From an uncultured Candidatus Saccharibacteria bacterium (GTDB lineage: Bacteria; Patescibacteriota; Minisyncoccia; Phycocordibacterales; PALSA-1337), in the NCBI GenBank assembly GCA_964532285.1, contig CAZHHB010000003.1, forward strand, positions 3,626-67,625: a DNA stretch of 64,000 nucleotides. The letters run 5' to 3'. The notes below the pieces were generated by a model. It saw only the letters and a list, made by a program, of their open reading frames with translations, was not told where the DNA came from and made no database searches. Shown here in pieces: positions 28,117-38,533 of this stretch; within the stretch, counting starts at the first letter, position 1, and each line of letters starts with the position of its first letter. The position numbers and the translations under genes were made by a program.

Positions 28117-30162
28117 GTGCCTTCAGTGAAAAAAGACCAAAACAGGGATAAAAATCAAAAAGGAAAGACTCAGCATATACTAACTGGCATCGTCTCAACC
28201 ACAAGGAGAGGGGCTGGGTACATAGATGATGTTGATCCCAAGAAAGATTCTATCTATATAGAAGAGGGCAATCTAAATACCGCACTCAATGGCGATACGG
28301 TGGAATTTGTCGTGCGTGATGGCAATGTCCGCGGAGTCAAGACAAAGATTGGTAAAGTTACACGAGTCGTAACCAGAGCTAGAGAAAATTTTGTTGGTAT
28401 TGTAGATAGTATTCAGAATGATGGTTGTTTGATCATTCCAGATGACAAAAAGATGTATGTGAATATTTCTATACCAGCCGCCGAATCAAAGGATCTCAAG
28501 AAAGACGATAAAGTATATTTAAAACTTTTACCGTGGAATAATCCAAAAGATTTACCAGTTGGAAAAGTTTTGCGCGTCTTGGGTAAAAAAGGTGTGAATG
28601 ATGTTGAGATGGAATCTATCGTCCTTGAGCGCGGTTTCGAAGTAGGATTCCCACCAGCTGTCGAAAGGGAAGCGGAGCATATCGGTCAAAACGAAAAGAA
28701 AATCACACCCGAAGAGATTGCCAAACGTCTCGATATTCGAAATACACTAACATTCACCATTGACCCTTTTGATGCCAAAGATTTTGACGACGCCATTTCA
28801 TTCAAAAAGCTTCCAAATGATATATATGAGATAGGTGTACACATCGCCGATGTCTCTCACTATGTCCGTGAAGGTACTGCTCTAGACAAAGAGGCCGTCA
28901 AGCGCGGGTGCTCTATTTATTTAGTCGATCGCACCATACCCATGTTACCCGAGGTCTTATCAAATGATGTCTGCAGTCTAAATCCTCATGAAGACAAGTT
29001 GAGTTTCTCTGCCATTTTCACGATGGATGCAAAAGGGAAGATAGAATCACGTTGGTTCGGCAAGACGGTGATGAATTCTGACCATCGCTTCACATACGAG
29101 ACCGCTCAAGCTGTGATTGATGGTGATATTTTGAATACAGAAAAATATTCAAAAGGCATTCAGACCAAAGCTTCCGCTGAAGCTGGTATGAAATATCGTG
29201 AAGAACTTGTGACATTAAATAGTTTGGCGAAGATTCTCCAGAAAGAGAAATTCTTCAAAGGCGCTATAGAATTTGAACAAGAAGAGATCAAGTTCCGTCT
29301 GGATGAAAAAGGCAAACCTGTTGGCGTGTATTCATATGAGCGTCTGGATACTCACAAGTTAGTTGAGGAATTCATGCTGCTCGCCAACCGTGAAGTCGCG
29401 AAGTTCATCTTTGAATCAATAAAGAAAAAGGGACATCGCGATACTGGTGCTATATATCGTATTCACGAAGTGCCTGACAGAGACAAGATCAAGAGTCTGG
29501 CTTCATTCGTAAAGACTCTAGGCTACAATTTGAATATCCCGAAAAGCGGAGATGTCACTGCTCGCGATATCAATCACCTCTTGGATCAGATAGAAGATAC
29601 TCCGCACGAATCACTCATTCGCACAGCCGCTATTCGTTCTATGCAGAAAGCTATTTATTCAACCAAGAATATTGGGCATTTTGGTCTGGCTTTTGATTTC
29701 TATACGCATTTCACTTCACCTATCCGTCGCTATCCGGATCTGTTGGTTCATCGTATCCTTCACCAGCACCTCAATCACGAACCTTTCGGCGATCGTGATA
29801 TTGTGACTTTCCAAAATATCGCCCAGAGTTCTACTCGTCGCGAGATAGATGCTAGTCAGGCAGAGCGTGAGTCTAAGAAATTAAAACAAGTAGAGTATAT
29901 GAGTACTCGTGTCGGTCAGACTTTCCACGGGGTTATCTCCGGTGTGTCCAAGGGTGGAATATATGTAGAAGAAGTCGAGAGTAAATCTGAAGGCATGATC
30001 GGCATGCGCAACCTGGGTGAGGATTATTATATTTTTGATGAGAAGACTTATTCTGTTGTGGGTGAGAAATCCAAGAAGAGATATACTCTAGGAGATCCTA
30101 TTGAATTTAAGGTCTTGGCGGCGGATCTGGACAAGAAGATGTTGGATTATGGGGTGGTGTAG
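28117..30162 (+). CDS. rnr: Ribonuclease R (RNB family 3'-5' exoribonuclease)
   Basis: N-terminal cold-shock/OB region, RNB domain (FTIDPFDAKDFDDAIS), C-terminal S1 domain. Confidence 0.85.
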   Translation: MPSVKKDQNRDKNQKGKTQHILTGIVSTTRRGAGYIDDVDPKKDSIYIEEGNLNTALNGDTVEFVVRDGNVRGVKTKIGKVTRVVTRARENFVGIVDSIQNDGCLIIPDDKKMYVNISIPAAESKDLKKDDKVYLKLLPWNNPKDLPVGKVLRVLGKKGVNDVEMESIVLERGFEVGFPPAVEREAEHIGQNEKKITPEEIAKRLDIRNTLTFTIDPFDAKDFDDAISFKKLPNDIYEIGVHIADVSHYVREGTALDKEAVKRGCSIYLVDRTIPMLPEVLSNDVCSLNPHEDKLSFSAIFTMDAKGKIESRWFGKTVMNSDHRFTYETAQAVIDGDILNTEKYSKGIQTKASAEAGMKYREELVTLNSLAKILQKEKFFKGAIEFEQEEIKFRLDEKGKPVGVYSYERLDTHKLVEEFMLLANREVAKFIFESIKKKGHRDTGAIYRIHEVPDRDKIKSLASFVKTLGYNLNIPKSGDVTARDINHLLDQIEDTPHESLIRTAAIRSMQKAIYSTKNIGHFGLAFDFYTHFTSPIRRYPDLLVHRILHQHLNHEPFGDRDIVTFQNIAQSSTRREIDASQAERESKKLKQVEYMSTRVGQTFHGVISGVSKGGIYVEEVESKSEGMIGMRNLGEDYYIFDEKTYSVVGEKSKKRYTLGDPIEFKVLAADLDKKMLDYGVV

Positions 30163-30551
30163 GAATTGAACACAGAAAATATATTTTGCCTAGTTGTGTG
30201 ATTATTTCGGTTTGATAAAATAGGGCTACCAGATTGTAGGTTACCTCGGATTTCAAGACAATACATTTCAATATTAGCTTTTATTATTGGCCGAACCAAA
30301 ATAAAAGCTTGGATTCTAATAACGTTTATGGTGCTAGTTAATAGAATCGACTCCGGATAATACCGGATCCCATGCACCAAGCTTACCTATGAAGTTCGGA
30401 AGTAATAGGATAAGTGGGTTATTAACAGTTTCGCTCTCTTGACAGAGAGTTTGGAGGGTGTACTATATGGACATACCTTCTGTTGCTTCGGTGACAGAAC
30501 GCGAAACCGCAACACAGGGTTGCGGTTTCTGCACTAACTAAGTTATCTTAA

Positions 30552-31178
30552 GTGAAATTAAATATTTACATTGACGGATTCAATCTATACTATGGATGTC
30601 TCAAGAACACGCCATATCGTTGGCTTGATGTACACAAGATGTGTAAGTTTCTTTTCCCTAACGATGAAATTGTAAAGATAAAATATTTCACTGCACCGAT
30701 AAAGGTTCGCATGAATGATAATGATCCAGAAAAACCAAATCGTCAACAAATATATTTGCGTGCCTTAAGAACTATTCCTATTTTGGAAACTATAGAAGGT
30801 GTCTTTTTGAAACATAAAGTATCTATGAAATTGGCAAATAAAGACGGTTATGCCCTGGTCATCAAAAATGAGGAGAAGGGGACTGATGTAAATATTGCGA
30901 CACATCTGATTGACGATGCTCATAATAATACTTTTGAAAAAGCTGTGGTTATATCGAATGATTCTGATTTGGTAACACCCATTAAGATAATCACAGGGGT
31001 AATTAAACTACCAGTTACAGTAATTAGTCCTTTTCGTAAGAATAATATTCAACTCAAGACTGTAGCAACTGATATAAAACAAATAAGGAAAGGATTACTT
31101 AGGGTAAGTCAGTTTGAAGATAAATTAATTGATGGTGTCGGTGATTTTTCTGTCCCTGAAAAATGGAGACCGAAATAA
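30552..31178 (+). CDS. NYN-domain (LabA-like PIN-fold) protein; GTG start
   Basis: IYIDGFNLYYG ... KGTDVNIATHLIDDA ... VVISNDSDL. Confidence 0.65.
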   Translation: MKLNIYIDGFNLYYGCLKNTPYRWLDVHKMCKFLFPNDEIVKIKYFTAPIKVRMNDNDPEKPNRQQIYLRALRTIPILETIEGVFLKHKVSMKLANKDGYALVIKNEEKGTDVNIATHLIDDAHNNTFEKAVVISNDSDLVTPIKIITGVIKLPVTVISPFRKNNIQLKTVATDIKQIRKGLLRVSQFEDKLIDGVGDFSVPEKWRPK

Positions 31179-31206
31179 TGTTCTAATTATGATAAAATGA
31201 TCTAAT

Positions 31207-32178
31207 ATGAAAAAACCAGCATTAACAATATTTGGTTTGGGGAGAATGGGGGCGCAGATCGCAAGGAGACTACACAAGAAGGGTTTCAAAGTCGTGGCTT
31301 GGAATAGATCTCCAGAGCCAGTCAAAGCTATTAAAAAGAGCGGAATATTTGGTACGAGTAACATTGAAGAAGCCGTGAATGGTGCGATAATTGGCAAGGG
31401 AGCCTCGGGAAAATCAAAGACTTCTAAGCAAACTGTAGGCAAGTCACGAATCTTCTGGATCATGCTGCCTCACGCTATCGTAGATGATTTCCTTTTTGGC
31501 AATGATCACCTAGGTCCGCATCTCAAGAAAGGCGATATTGTCATAGATGGGGGCAATTCATTTTATAAAGATAGTCAAAAGAGAGCCGCGCGAATGGAAG
31601 AAAAAGGCGTTCATTATTTCGATTGCGGTACATCCGGCGGAGTCTGGGGCGAGAAGAACGGCTTTGCTTTGATGGTTGGTGGCCCGAAGAACAAATGGAA
31701 GCTCATAGAGCCTTTTATGAAAGCTCTCTCAGCTGGCGACAATTACGCTTATTGTGGCGACTCTGGTGCTGGTCATTTCGTCAAAATGGTTCACAATGGT
31801 ATAGAGTACGGCATGATGGAAGCTATCGGTGAAGGTTACGCTGTGTTGGAAGCTAGTTCATTCAAACTCAATCTGGCAGATGTTACGCGTGTATATCAGC
31901 AAGGTTCTGTTGTCAGAAGTTGGCTCATAGATCTCTGTCGCAACATTTTTGGAAATGAAGACATCGCATCTACTTCAGGTAAGATTGACGCTACCGGCGA
32001 AGGTGAATGGACGGTGAATACTGGCCATGAGCTCGGTGTGGATGTTCGGGTCATAGAAGATGCTTTGAAAGTTAGGAGAGAGTCGGCTGATCCAGAGAAT
32101 CAAAAGAAATATTCCAACAAGATTGTGGCACTTTTAAGGAAGCAGTTTGGGGGACATGCAACGCATAAGAAGTTATAA
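31207..32178 (+). CDS. gnd: 6-phosphogluconate dehydrogenase (decarboxylating), short YqeC/Gnd-like form
   Basis: N-terminal NAD-binding LTIFGLGRMGAQIARRL; GGNSFYKDS; CGTSGGVWG; contains an extra Lys/Ser-rich insertion. Confidence 0.65.
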   Translation: MKKPALTIFGLGRMGAQIARRLHKKGFKVVAWNRSPEPVKAIKKSGIFGTSNIEEAVNGAIIGKGASGKSKTSKQTVGKSRIFWIMLPHAIVDDFLFGNDHLGPHLKKGDIVIDGGNSFYKDSQKRAARMEEKGVHYFDCGTSGGVWGEKNGFALMVGGPKNKWKLIEPFMKALSAGDNYAYCGDSGAGHFVKMVHNGIEYGMMEAIGEGYAVLEASSFKLNLADVTRVYQQGSVVRSWLIDLCRNIFGNEDIASTSGKIDATGEGEWTVNTGHELGVDVRVIEDALKVRRESADPENQKKYSNKIVALLRKQFGGHATHKKL

Positions 32179-32251
32179 AGTTTTAAAGTTATAAGGTTAT
32201 CCTTCTTCGCATCTCCCTTCGGTCGAGCTACGAAGGACAAGTAAAGTAAAT

Positions 32252-32929
32252 ATGATTAAGTTTGTTGAAACAAAGACACCGGTTGATGGCATTGAAGCAT
32301 TAGCTGGTAATATTTCAAAGTTATTGAATGATGGCAAGAAAGTCTTGTGGTTAGTTTCGGGTGGGTCGAATGTTAAAGTGGCGGTTGAAGTGATGGAAAA
32401 GATCCGAGCTGGAACTAAAACAAACCTATTGGCGAATCTAACTATTTCGCAGACTGATGAACGGTATGGTCCAGTCGGACATAAAGATTCTAATTGGCAA
32501 CAACTGTTGAATGTTGGATTTAATCCAAGTGGTGTGAAAGTTCTGCCAGTGCTCGCTGATCTAACACTTGGAGAAACGACCAAATGTTGGTCACAATTAC
32601 TTGAGCGAGCTTTCAAGGATAACGATATATGTATAGGTCAATTTGGTATGGGTGCTGATGGGCATATTGCTGGTATCTTGAAGCATTCGCCAGCAACCAG
32701 GGGGAAAGAGTTCGTCTGTGCCTTCAAGACCTTGAATTTTACCAGGATAACTATGACTTTCGCCGCGCTCGAACACGTAACGATGTCATATGTATTCGTC
32801 TTCGGTCTTAACAAGAAAGAGGCCGTGCAAAATTTACGGAATAAAGATCTTTCTATTGAGGAACAGCCCGCGCAGATTTTGAAGACATTACCCGACGTCA
32901 CCTTTTTTACGGACTGTCTTGCTCAGTGA
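32252..32929 (+). CDS. pgl: 6-phosphogluconolactonase (Pgl/DevB family)
   Basis: LWLVSGGSNVKV and ISQTDERYGPVGHKDSN motifs of the glucosamine-6-P isomerase/6PGL fold. Confidence 0.6.
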   Translation: MIKFVETKTPVDGIEALAGNISKLLNDGKKVLWLVSGGSNVKVAVEVMEKIRAGTKTNLLANLTISQTDERYGPVGHKDSNWQQLLNVGFNPSGVKVLPVLADLTLGETTKCWSQLLERAFKDNDICIGQFGMGADGHIAGILKHSPATRGKEFVCAFKTLNFTRITMTFAALEHVTMSYVFVFGLNKKEAVQNLRNKDLSIEEQPAQILKTLPDVTFFTDCLAQ

Positions 32930-32968
32930 ATAAATCCGTGTTATACTGTTTAACTAAATAATCTTACA

Positions 32969-34468
32969 ATGTCCCGAGATGAAGTAGTCCTTAGATTTCA
33001 AAAGGCATCTTTTGAATATGGTCACAACAAACCGATTCTAGATGAAGTCGATTTTTCTGTGCGCAGAGGTTCCAAGATAACTATCATGGGTCAGAATGGT
33101 GCTGGCAAAAGTACTCTGTTTCAACTCATAACCGGAGGGTTTAAGTTGGAATCCGGAGACATCTTCGTAACCGACGGCATAACAATCGCCCTATCGCGAC
33201 AGGTCATCCCGCGCGATGAACTTGACCTATCCCTGCGAGATTTCTTCGCCAAAGCTTTTGAGGATTCAGCATCTTCTGGTTTACGAAAAGATGCTGGCAA
33301 GATATATGATCTTGATCCGAGAATAGATGAAGTCTTGGAAATCGTCAACCTCAGAGGTCACGACAAACTCCATGACAGATTGGTCAAAACTTTTTCTGGC
33401 GGACAACAGGCCCGTATTCTCCTAGCTTCAGCACTTATTCAAGACCCAGATCTATTACTTTTGGATGAACCGACGAACAATCTAGACAAAGCTGGTATAG
33501 AACACCTCACTCAGTTTTTGGTGAATTACAAGAAGACCGTGATCGTCATCTCTCACGATGCAGATTTCTTGAATAGATTTTCTGATGGCGTGCTCTATCT
33601 CGATGTATATACGAAAAAGATTGAACAATATGTCGGCAACTATTTCGACGTGAGAGACCAGATCTCCGCGCGTTTGGAAAAGGAAAATAGGAAGAATGCC
33701 CAGCTTGCAAAAGAAATCCAAGAAAATAAAGATAAAGCAAACTTCTTTGCCAATAAAGGTGGACAAATGCGTCTCGTGGCAAAGAGGATGCGCGAAAAAG
33801 CTGAAGAGTTAGAGGAAGAAAAAGTTGATGTCAGAAGGGAAGACAAAACTATTCGTAATTTCACCATTCCATCACAACCAGATATGATCGGTAATATCAT
33901 AACTATCTCCGAATTTGGGACGATGAATTCTAAGACGCATAAGCCTGTAAAAAAGAAAGTAGATATCAAGCTTAGGAAGAATCAACACCTATTATTGAAG
34001 GGACCAAATGGTATCGGTAAAACTACTTTGCTTGAGGCTATTGCCAAGGGAGATAACAAAGGCTCGGCTATAACGGATGGGATAAGAGTTGGTTATTATA
34101 GACAGGATTTTTCGACATTAAATTTTGAAGATACGGTCTACGATTCTTTGATGGCTGTCATGGAAAGAAAGATTGAGCAAGACATGCGTTCTGTTGCGGC
34201 TGGATTTCTAATTACAGGAGAAATGATATATACCAAGATCGGATCTTTATCAGAAGGACAAAAAGGTCTTGTAGCTTTCACGCGTTTAGTTTTACAGAAA
34301 CCCGGATTATTGATCTTGGATGAACCGACAAATCATATTAATTTTCGACACATTCCAATTATCGCTGAAGCTTTGAGCAAATATGAAGGTGCAATGATCA
34401 TTGTTTCGCACGTCCCTGATTTTGTAGAAAAAATTCGTATCGATGAAATTTTGGATTTAGAAAAGTAA
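32969..34468 (+). CDS. ABC-F family ATPase (tandem ABC domains)
   Basis: Two Walker A (GQNGAGKST, GPNGIGKTT), two signatures (LSGGQQARI, LSEGQKGLV), two Walker B (LLLDEPTN, LILDEPTN). Confidence 0.8.
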   Translation: MSRDEVVLRFQKASFEYGHNKPILDEVDFSVRRGSKITIMGQNGAGKSTLFQLITGGFKLESGDIFVTDGITIALSRQVIPRDELDLSLRDFFAKAFEDSASSGLRKDAGKIYDLDPRIDEVLEIVNLRGHDKLHDRLVKTFSGGQQARILLASALIQDPDLLLLDEPTNNLDKAGIEHLTQFLVNYKKTVIVISHDADFLNRFSDGVLYLDVYTKKIEQYVGNYFDVRDQISARLEKENRKNAQLAKEIQENKDKANFFANKGGQMRLVAKRMREKAEELEEEKVDVRREDKTIRNFTIPSQPDMIGNIITISEFGTMNSKTHKPVKKKVDIKLRKNQHLLLKGPNGIGKTTLLEAIAKGDNKGSAITDGIRVGYYRQDFSTLNFEDTVYDSLMAVMERKIEQDMRSVAAGFLITGEMIYTKIGSLSEGQKGLVAFTRLVLQKPGLLILDEPTNHINFRHIPIIAEALSKYEGAMIIVSHVPDFVEKIRIDEILDLEK

Positions 34469-34616
34469 AAAAGTTATACACAGTTTTTGTGTTTTGAGTA
34501 TTGTATGTTGATGATATAAGTCTCATAATGTATGTATTCAATATAATAATTTTTGTCGTAAGATTATTGTATTCTATTAGCACATCAAGTTAATATTTTT
34601 TCTAATTTAATTCAAT

Positions 34617-34703
34617 ATGAAAAAGAAAAAAGCTGTAAAGTCAAAGCGCAAGGCAACGAAGCGCAAGACTACAAAGCGAAAGGCTGCAAAGAGACGAAGA
34701 TAG
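34617..34703 (+). CDS. Possible 28-aa Lys/Arg-rich peptide
   Basis: MKKKKAVKSKRKATKRKTTKRKAAKRRR, immediately followed by an intrinsic terminator. Confidence 0.2.
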   Translation: MKKKKAVKSKRKATKRKTTKRKAAKRRR

Positions 34704-34716
34704 TCAGGTAAAGTAA

Positions 34717-34750
34717 ATAAAAACTCCCTCAAACGAGGGAGTTTTTATTT
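34717..34750. terminator. Bidirectional rho-independent terminator
   Basis: aaactccctc-aaac-gagggagttt + tttattt. Confidence 0.65.
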
Positions 34751-36113
34751 ACTTCGTGTTGTGAACTTCTTCAATTTCGCTTTTTTTATTGTTGATAACC
34801 AAATCCTCAATATGACTTACGGCTTTCTTGGGAGCATTTAGGAAGCCATTCATGGCTGCCGCTGCCAACCATCCAGAATTCAGCCAGTCAGTTAACCATT
34901 CATCTGTATATTCTGGTTCACCTTGTTCCAATCCAGCGCCGATCATGTGAAGCCAGTCATGGTTGTATTCTTCCTGGCGTCCCAGAGTAGGTGACATGAT
35001 GATTGGTATTCCTAGGGCTGCATAAAACGCCAATTCACTAGGTTTGGTCCATAAGATGTCTGTATCAATAAGAGCACGATTGAATTCATTGAAATACTCA
35101 TTCTTGGTTTCTTGATAAATTATCCTCAATGATTTGCCCATGAGATCCTTGAGTTCCAGGCTATTTATAGCTTCAATGAAAATGTCCCTAATGGTTTCTG
35201 AAGTGCCCGCGACCAAAGTCAGGCTTATTTTATTTTCTCTTATTTTCTTGCTCAGAGAATGTAATATGGTAATGGCAATACTTGATTGGGCACCAGCACC
35301 ACCAATAGCGAACATTATATTTAATGGTTTATCCATTTCGGCCTTGGTGTAATTCCATCCCAGATAGACCGGTAAAGTAGATTTGTATTTCTCATGGTAC
35401 AGACCCTTGGGATCTAATTTTGCCAGACGGCGCATGAGTGAAGAGATTAGGGTGTCCATAGTATTGCTGTCACCTATGGCTTCTTCGGGCAAAGGGAAAC
35501 CTGTGACGACGATATTTTCTGTTTTTACTCCGTACATGATCAGTCTTTCTTTGGCGCGAGGAGTTGGAGCCAAATAGATTATCCTACTTTGAGACGGATT
35601 CAATGGTACCCAAAGTCTCGAAATATCTGTGTCCGTGCATAGGCAAAATATTTTTCCTTTGTAACCATGTACCTCAGCCAATAGTGCTGGCATGGGGAAA
35701 GAGGTAATCATCGGCAATGGGGATTCATTCAAGGTCTTTATGAGATGTTTTCCGAAACCCATTTTGATGAGTAGATGAGTTGTTCTGACTTGAGTTGTTG
35801 GATGAGATAGATCACGACGCGGATAGAACTTTTCTATTCTCTCTATGTAGTTGATGAGATGGAATACTGTTCGCCCGAAGATTGGGAAGCCTCTGAATCT
35901 GGATAATAATTCATAAGATCTCCGTGTGACAGCCCAGACCCACTTGTCCTTGGTTGGTATTCCGGGGTAATTATTTGCGGAGATAATCTTTGCTCCACCC
36001 ACATTCCATTTCTGAGGAGTAGTTGAAAGTCTGAGTAATGGGTGCAGGGCCCTTTCGTGACCATAACCCATATCCACCGAGATTACGTAAGCTTTTCCAG
36101 ATTCTGTAGACAT
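34749..36113 (-). CDS. Putative GT-B glycosyltransferase (MGDG synthase/UgtP-like, GT28-like)
   Basis: N-terminal VISVDMGYGHERA (GxGH motif of GT28 N-domain), 454 aa. Confidence 0.4.
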   Translation of the reverse strand: MSTESGKAYVISVDMGYGHERALHPLLRLSTTPQKWNVGGAKIISANNYPGIPTKDKWVWAVTRRSYELLSRFRGFPIFGRTVFHLINYIERIEKFYPRRDLSHPTTQVRTTHLLIKMGFGKHLIKTLNESPLPMITSFPMPALLAEVHGYKGKIFCLCTDTDISRLWVPLNPSQSRIIYLAPTPRAKERLIMYGVKTENIVVTGFPLPEEAIGDSNTMDTLISSLMRRLAKLDPKGLYHEKYKSTLPVYLGWNYTKAEMDKPLNIMFAIGGAGAQSSIAITILHSLSKKIRENKISLTLVAGTSETIRDIFIEAINSLELKDLMGKSLRIIYQETKNEYFNEFNRALIDTDILWTKPSELAFYAALGIPIIMSPTLGRQEEYNHDWLHMIGAGLEQGEPEYTDEWLTDWLNSGWLAAAAMNGFLNAPKKAVSHIEDLVINNKKSEIEEVHNTK

Positions 36114-36116
36114 TTT

Positions 36117-36740
36117 TTATTTAATGAAATTCTCAATAGAGATATCAGGCACATTCGTATATCGCGGATTTTTCACCAAAGTCGGTTCGCCATCTTTTTC
36201 AATTACAAAATAAGCAAAACCACCCATCTTCTTCACGGGTTCATAGTCTGCATGCTTCGGGAATGCTGGATCGTCATTAATATTAACCGGACTATTATCT
36301 ATCGTAACAAGCCATGTCTTGCCGATATTGACGAGTAGATGACCAGCAAATGGAGGTATTGTGATAGAATCACCGGCTTTCAGTCTGATAGCTTGTGCTG
36401 ATACGATCCCATCATCAATAAATGTGCCGTCAGAAGATTTCTTCCTAGTTTGGAACAAGACGATGGCTTCACCTTCCAATACTTTGTAAACCTCCTCAAA
36501 ATCATCTATGTGATAGTGCCCGTAAGTCTTTATATACTCACCACCGACCGTTCCGCTTTCCATAACTGTGATATTTTGCATTTCTGCACCGCCGCGAATC
36601 ATATAATAGAGCGTTTCTGGGCCGGAAGCATTTGGTTGCATCGAGACTTCGCGCATATCTTCCAATGTACGCACAGCTAGACGTTTGTTCATTACATAAG
36701 TATACACCAAGATCCGATCTTGGTGTAATAAAAAACCCAC
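36117..36740 (-). CDS. Cupin-type glucose-6-phosphate isomerase-like protein
   Basis: TYGHYHIDDFEEVYKVLEGEAIVLFQ matches the cupin PGI metal-binding motif (GHxH...E.Y). Confidence 0.5.
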   Translation of the reverse strand: MGFLLHQDRILVYTYVMNKRLAVRTLEDMREVSMQPNASGPETLYYMIRGGAEMQNITVMESGTVGGEYIKTYGHYHIDDFEEVYKVLEGEAIVLFQTRKKSSDGTFIDDGIVSAQAIRLKAGDSITIPPFAGHLLVNIGKTWLVTIDNSPVNINDDPAFPKHADYEPVKKMGGFAYFVIEKDGEPTLVKNPRYTNVPDISIENFIK

Positions 36741-36775
36741 GAGTATTTCATCGTGGGTGTGAATACGAGAGATTG

Positions 36776-38380
36776 TTAGTCAACCGTACTCATGATCTCT
36801 TTGAGCTTCCTACAGCCCTCAGCGGGAAGGCTAAGATCGCGAGAGTCAAAGAAGTATAAACGCGTGACCTTCGGAAAGGTCATGATGCCCTCTATCTCTT
36901 CAGCATCATCCGGATATGCCTTCGCGAATACCACCGTCTCTCTTTTCTTGCGGACGAGGAACTTCTTGACTGCGCTATTCGTTGACGGCGTGAAGGTGTC
37001 CACGATTGTGATAACCGATTCATCACTTACGAATTCATGGGCTCTCTTCTTGGCCGATTCTACATCGCGATACTCTTCTATGCGCGCGTTCTCCAGATTG
37101 TGGAACCTACCGAGCATCATGTATGCCCCCAATAGTTCATCAATCTTCCTCTCGATCCACCAGTCTCCCTGTTCCAGCAATTCTTCGCGCGTAACCATTC
37201 CATTTTTGTACATGTATTTGACCAATCCTTTGCCGACCATATACTCGAAGAAACGGCTGTATGGGTTACAGTAGAGACCGCGGAACATCAGGGCCCGTAA
37301 TTTTAAGAAACGAGCCAGACGCTCCCCATCTCTGAATACGAGCGAACCGTTGTAACACCGCGCACTTTCCCAGACGGCGCAGATGTGAGGATCATTCATG
37401 ACGATATCCGCAACGGCGTAGAGGTTGGTGCTACGAGTATCCTTTTTGGTAGGCGTACCCGTTCCCAAGTATGCGACCACATCTCTAGCTGTGTAGGAAC
37501 TCTTGTCCGCTATGTCTAGGATCCGTCCGAGCAAACCTTCACCCAGTATGGTCCGCACCAAGAGATCACGGTCAATGCCGAAACGCTCTTTGTATTTTTC
37601 CCAGTCTTCACCAACTAGCAGTTCGGGATAATGGATATCTTCGTCGAAGGCTTCGGGATCTATAAGCTTCACCGAATCTCCACCTGCTGGTGTCAACGCA
37701 TCATGACTGATGGCTGCCGTGAGCAGGGTATTGGCTGTCTTGGTATCTAATCCGATATTGGCAGAGATTAGATTTGCTACGGTGAATGCGTCCAGTGAGT
37801 GGCAATAACGAGTGTGTCCAAACATCATCGCCACCGTTGAACGATCATTTTCTTTCAAGACCGGATCGTGCAAGAAGCTCAACTGTTTGACTTGGGACAA
37901 TCGGTGTAGATGGAAGACTACGCTCGCTTCACATGCCATACCAGCATCAGGGATGACATAGCCAAATCCCATGAAAGGGAACTTGGGAACGATTGCCAGA
38001 GGATCTATTCCATCTCCGATGGCATATTGGCAACGCAAATATCTGCGCACGAACGGCGGTAGATGGCCCATCCATTCAGGTTCAAGTTTGGTATCCATTG
38101 AACTGGATGGTCCATCATTGCTTACATAGCGACGATTCAAGTTAGTCCTCGCTATGTGTAGCATCTCCAAAGACATTATGCCCGCAATTCGCGAACCACT
38201 TAGCGGCACCATTCTAAGCTTCGCACAAATCTCTTTGAACCATTCTTGCTTTGGTAACCATTTAACCAATTTGCCCAAAGACTGAGGACTCACCGGTGTA
38301 TTGGGAAGATATGCCACATTGCCGACGATAGGTACGCCGGCAGAGGCATACATAGATCGTACGGAATGTTGTATTTTCAT
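36776..38380 (-). CDS. Large HD-domain phosphohydrolase (534 aa)
   Basis: RYCHSLD ... AAISHDALTPAGGD (H..H ... HD motifs). Confidence 0.5.
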   Translation of the reverse strand: MKIQHSVRSMYASAGVPIVGNVAYLPNTPVSPQSLGKLVKWLPKQEWFKEICAKLRMVPLSGSRIAGIMSLEMLHIARTNLNRRYVSNDGPSSSMDTKLEPEWMGHLPPFVRRYLRCQYAIGDGIDPLAIVPKFPFMGFGYVIPDAGMACEASVVFHLHRLSQVKQLSFLHDPVLKENDRSTVAMMFGHTRYCHSLDAFTVANLISANIGLDTKTANTLLTAAISHDALTPAGGDSVKLIDPEAFDEDIHYPELLVGEDWEKYKERFGIDRDLLVRTILGEGLLGRILDIADKSSYTARDVVAYLGTGTPTKKDTRSTNLYAVADIVMNDPHICAVWESARCYNGSLVFRDGERLARFLKLRALMFRGLYCNPYSRFFEYMVGKGLVKYMYKNGMVTREELLEQGDWWIERKIDELLGAYMMLGRFHNLENARIEEYRDVESAKKRAHEFVSDESVITIVDTFTPSTNSAVKKFLVRKKRETVVFAKAYPDDAEEIEGIMTFPKVTRLYFFDSRDLSLPAEGCRKLKEIMSTVD

Positions 38381-38439
38381 ATTGTTATTTCAAAGGGTTT
38401 TCTGTTTTGACATTACATATAATTATAAATGTTGTCAAC

Positions 38440-38456
38440 CCAAGATCCGATCTTGG
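38440..38456. promoter_or_regulatory. Perfect palindrome CCAAGATCcGATCTTGG in divergent promoter region (HD gene / SWIB gene)
   Basis: Same 17-mer also at 36707-36723; related CCAAGGTCCGACCTTGG at 43760-43776. Confidence 0.4.
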
Positions 38457-38533
38457 AATAGGGGATACCTCCTATTCCCACCATTCCCCATAGGTGGTAT
38501 AATCTCCTTGTTATTAAAAGATAATCAAAAAAT

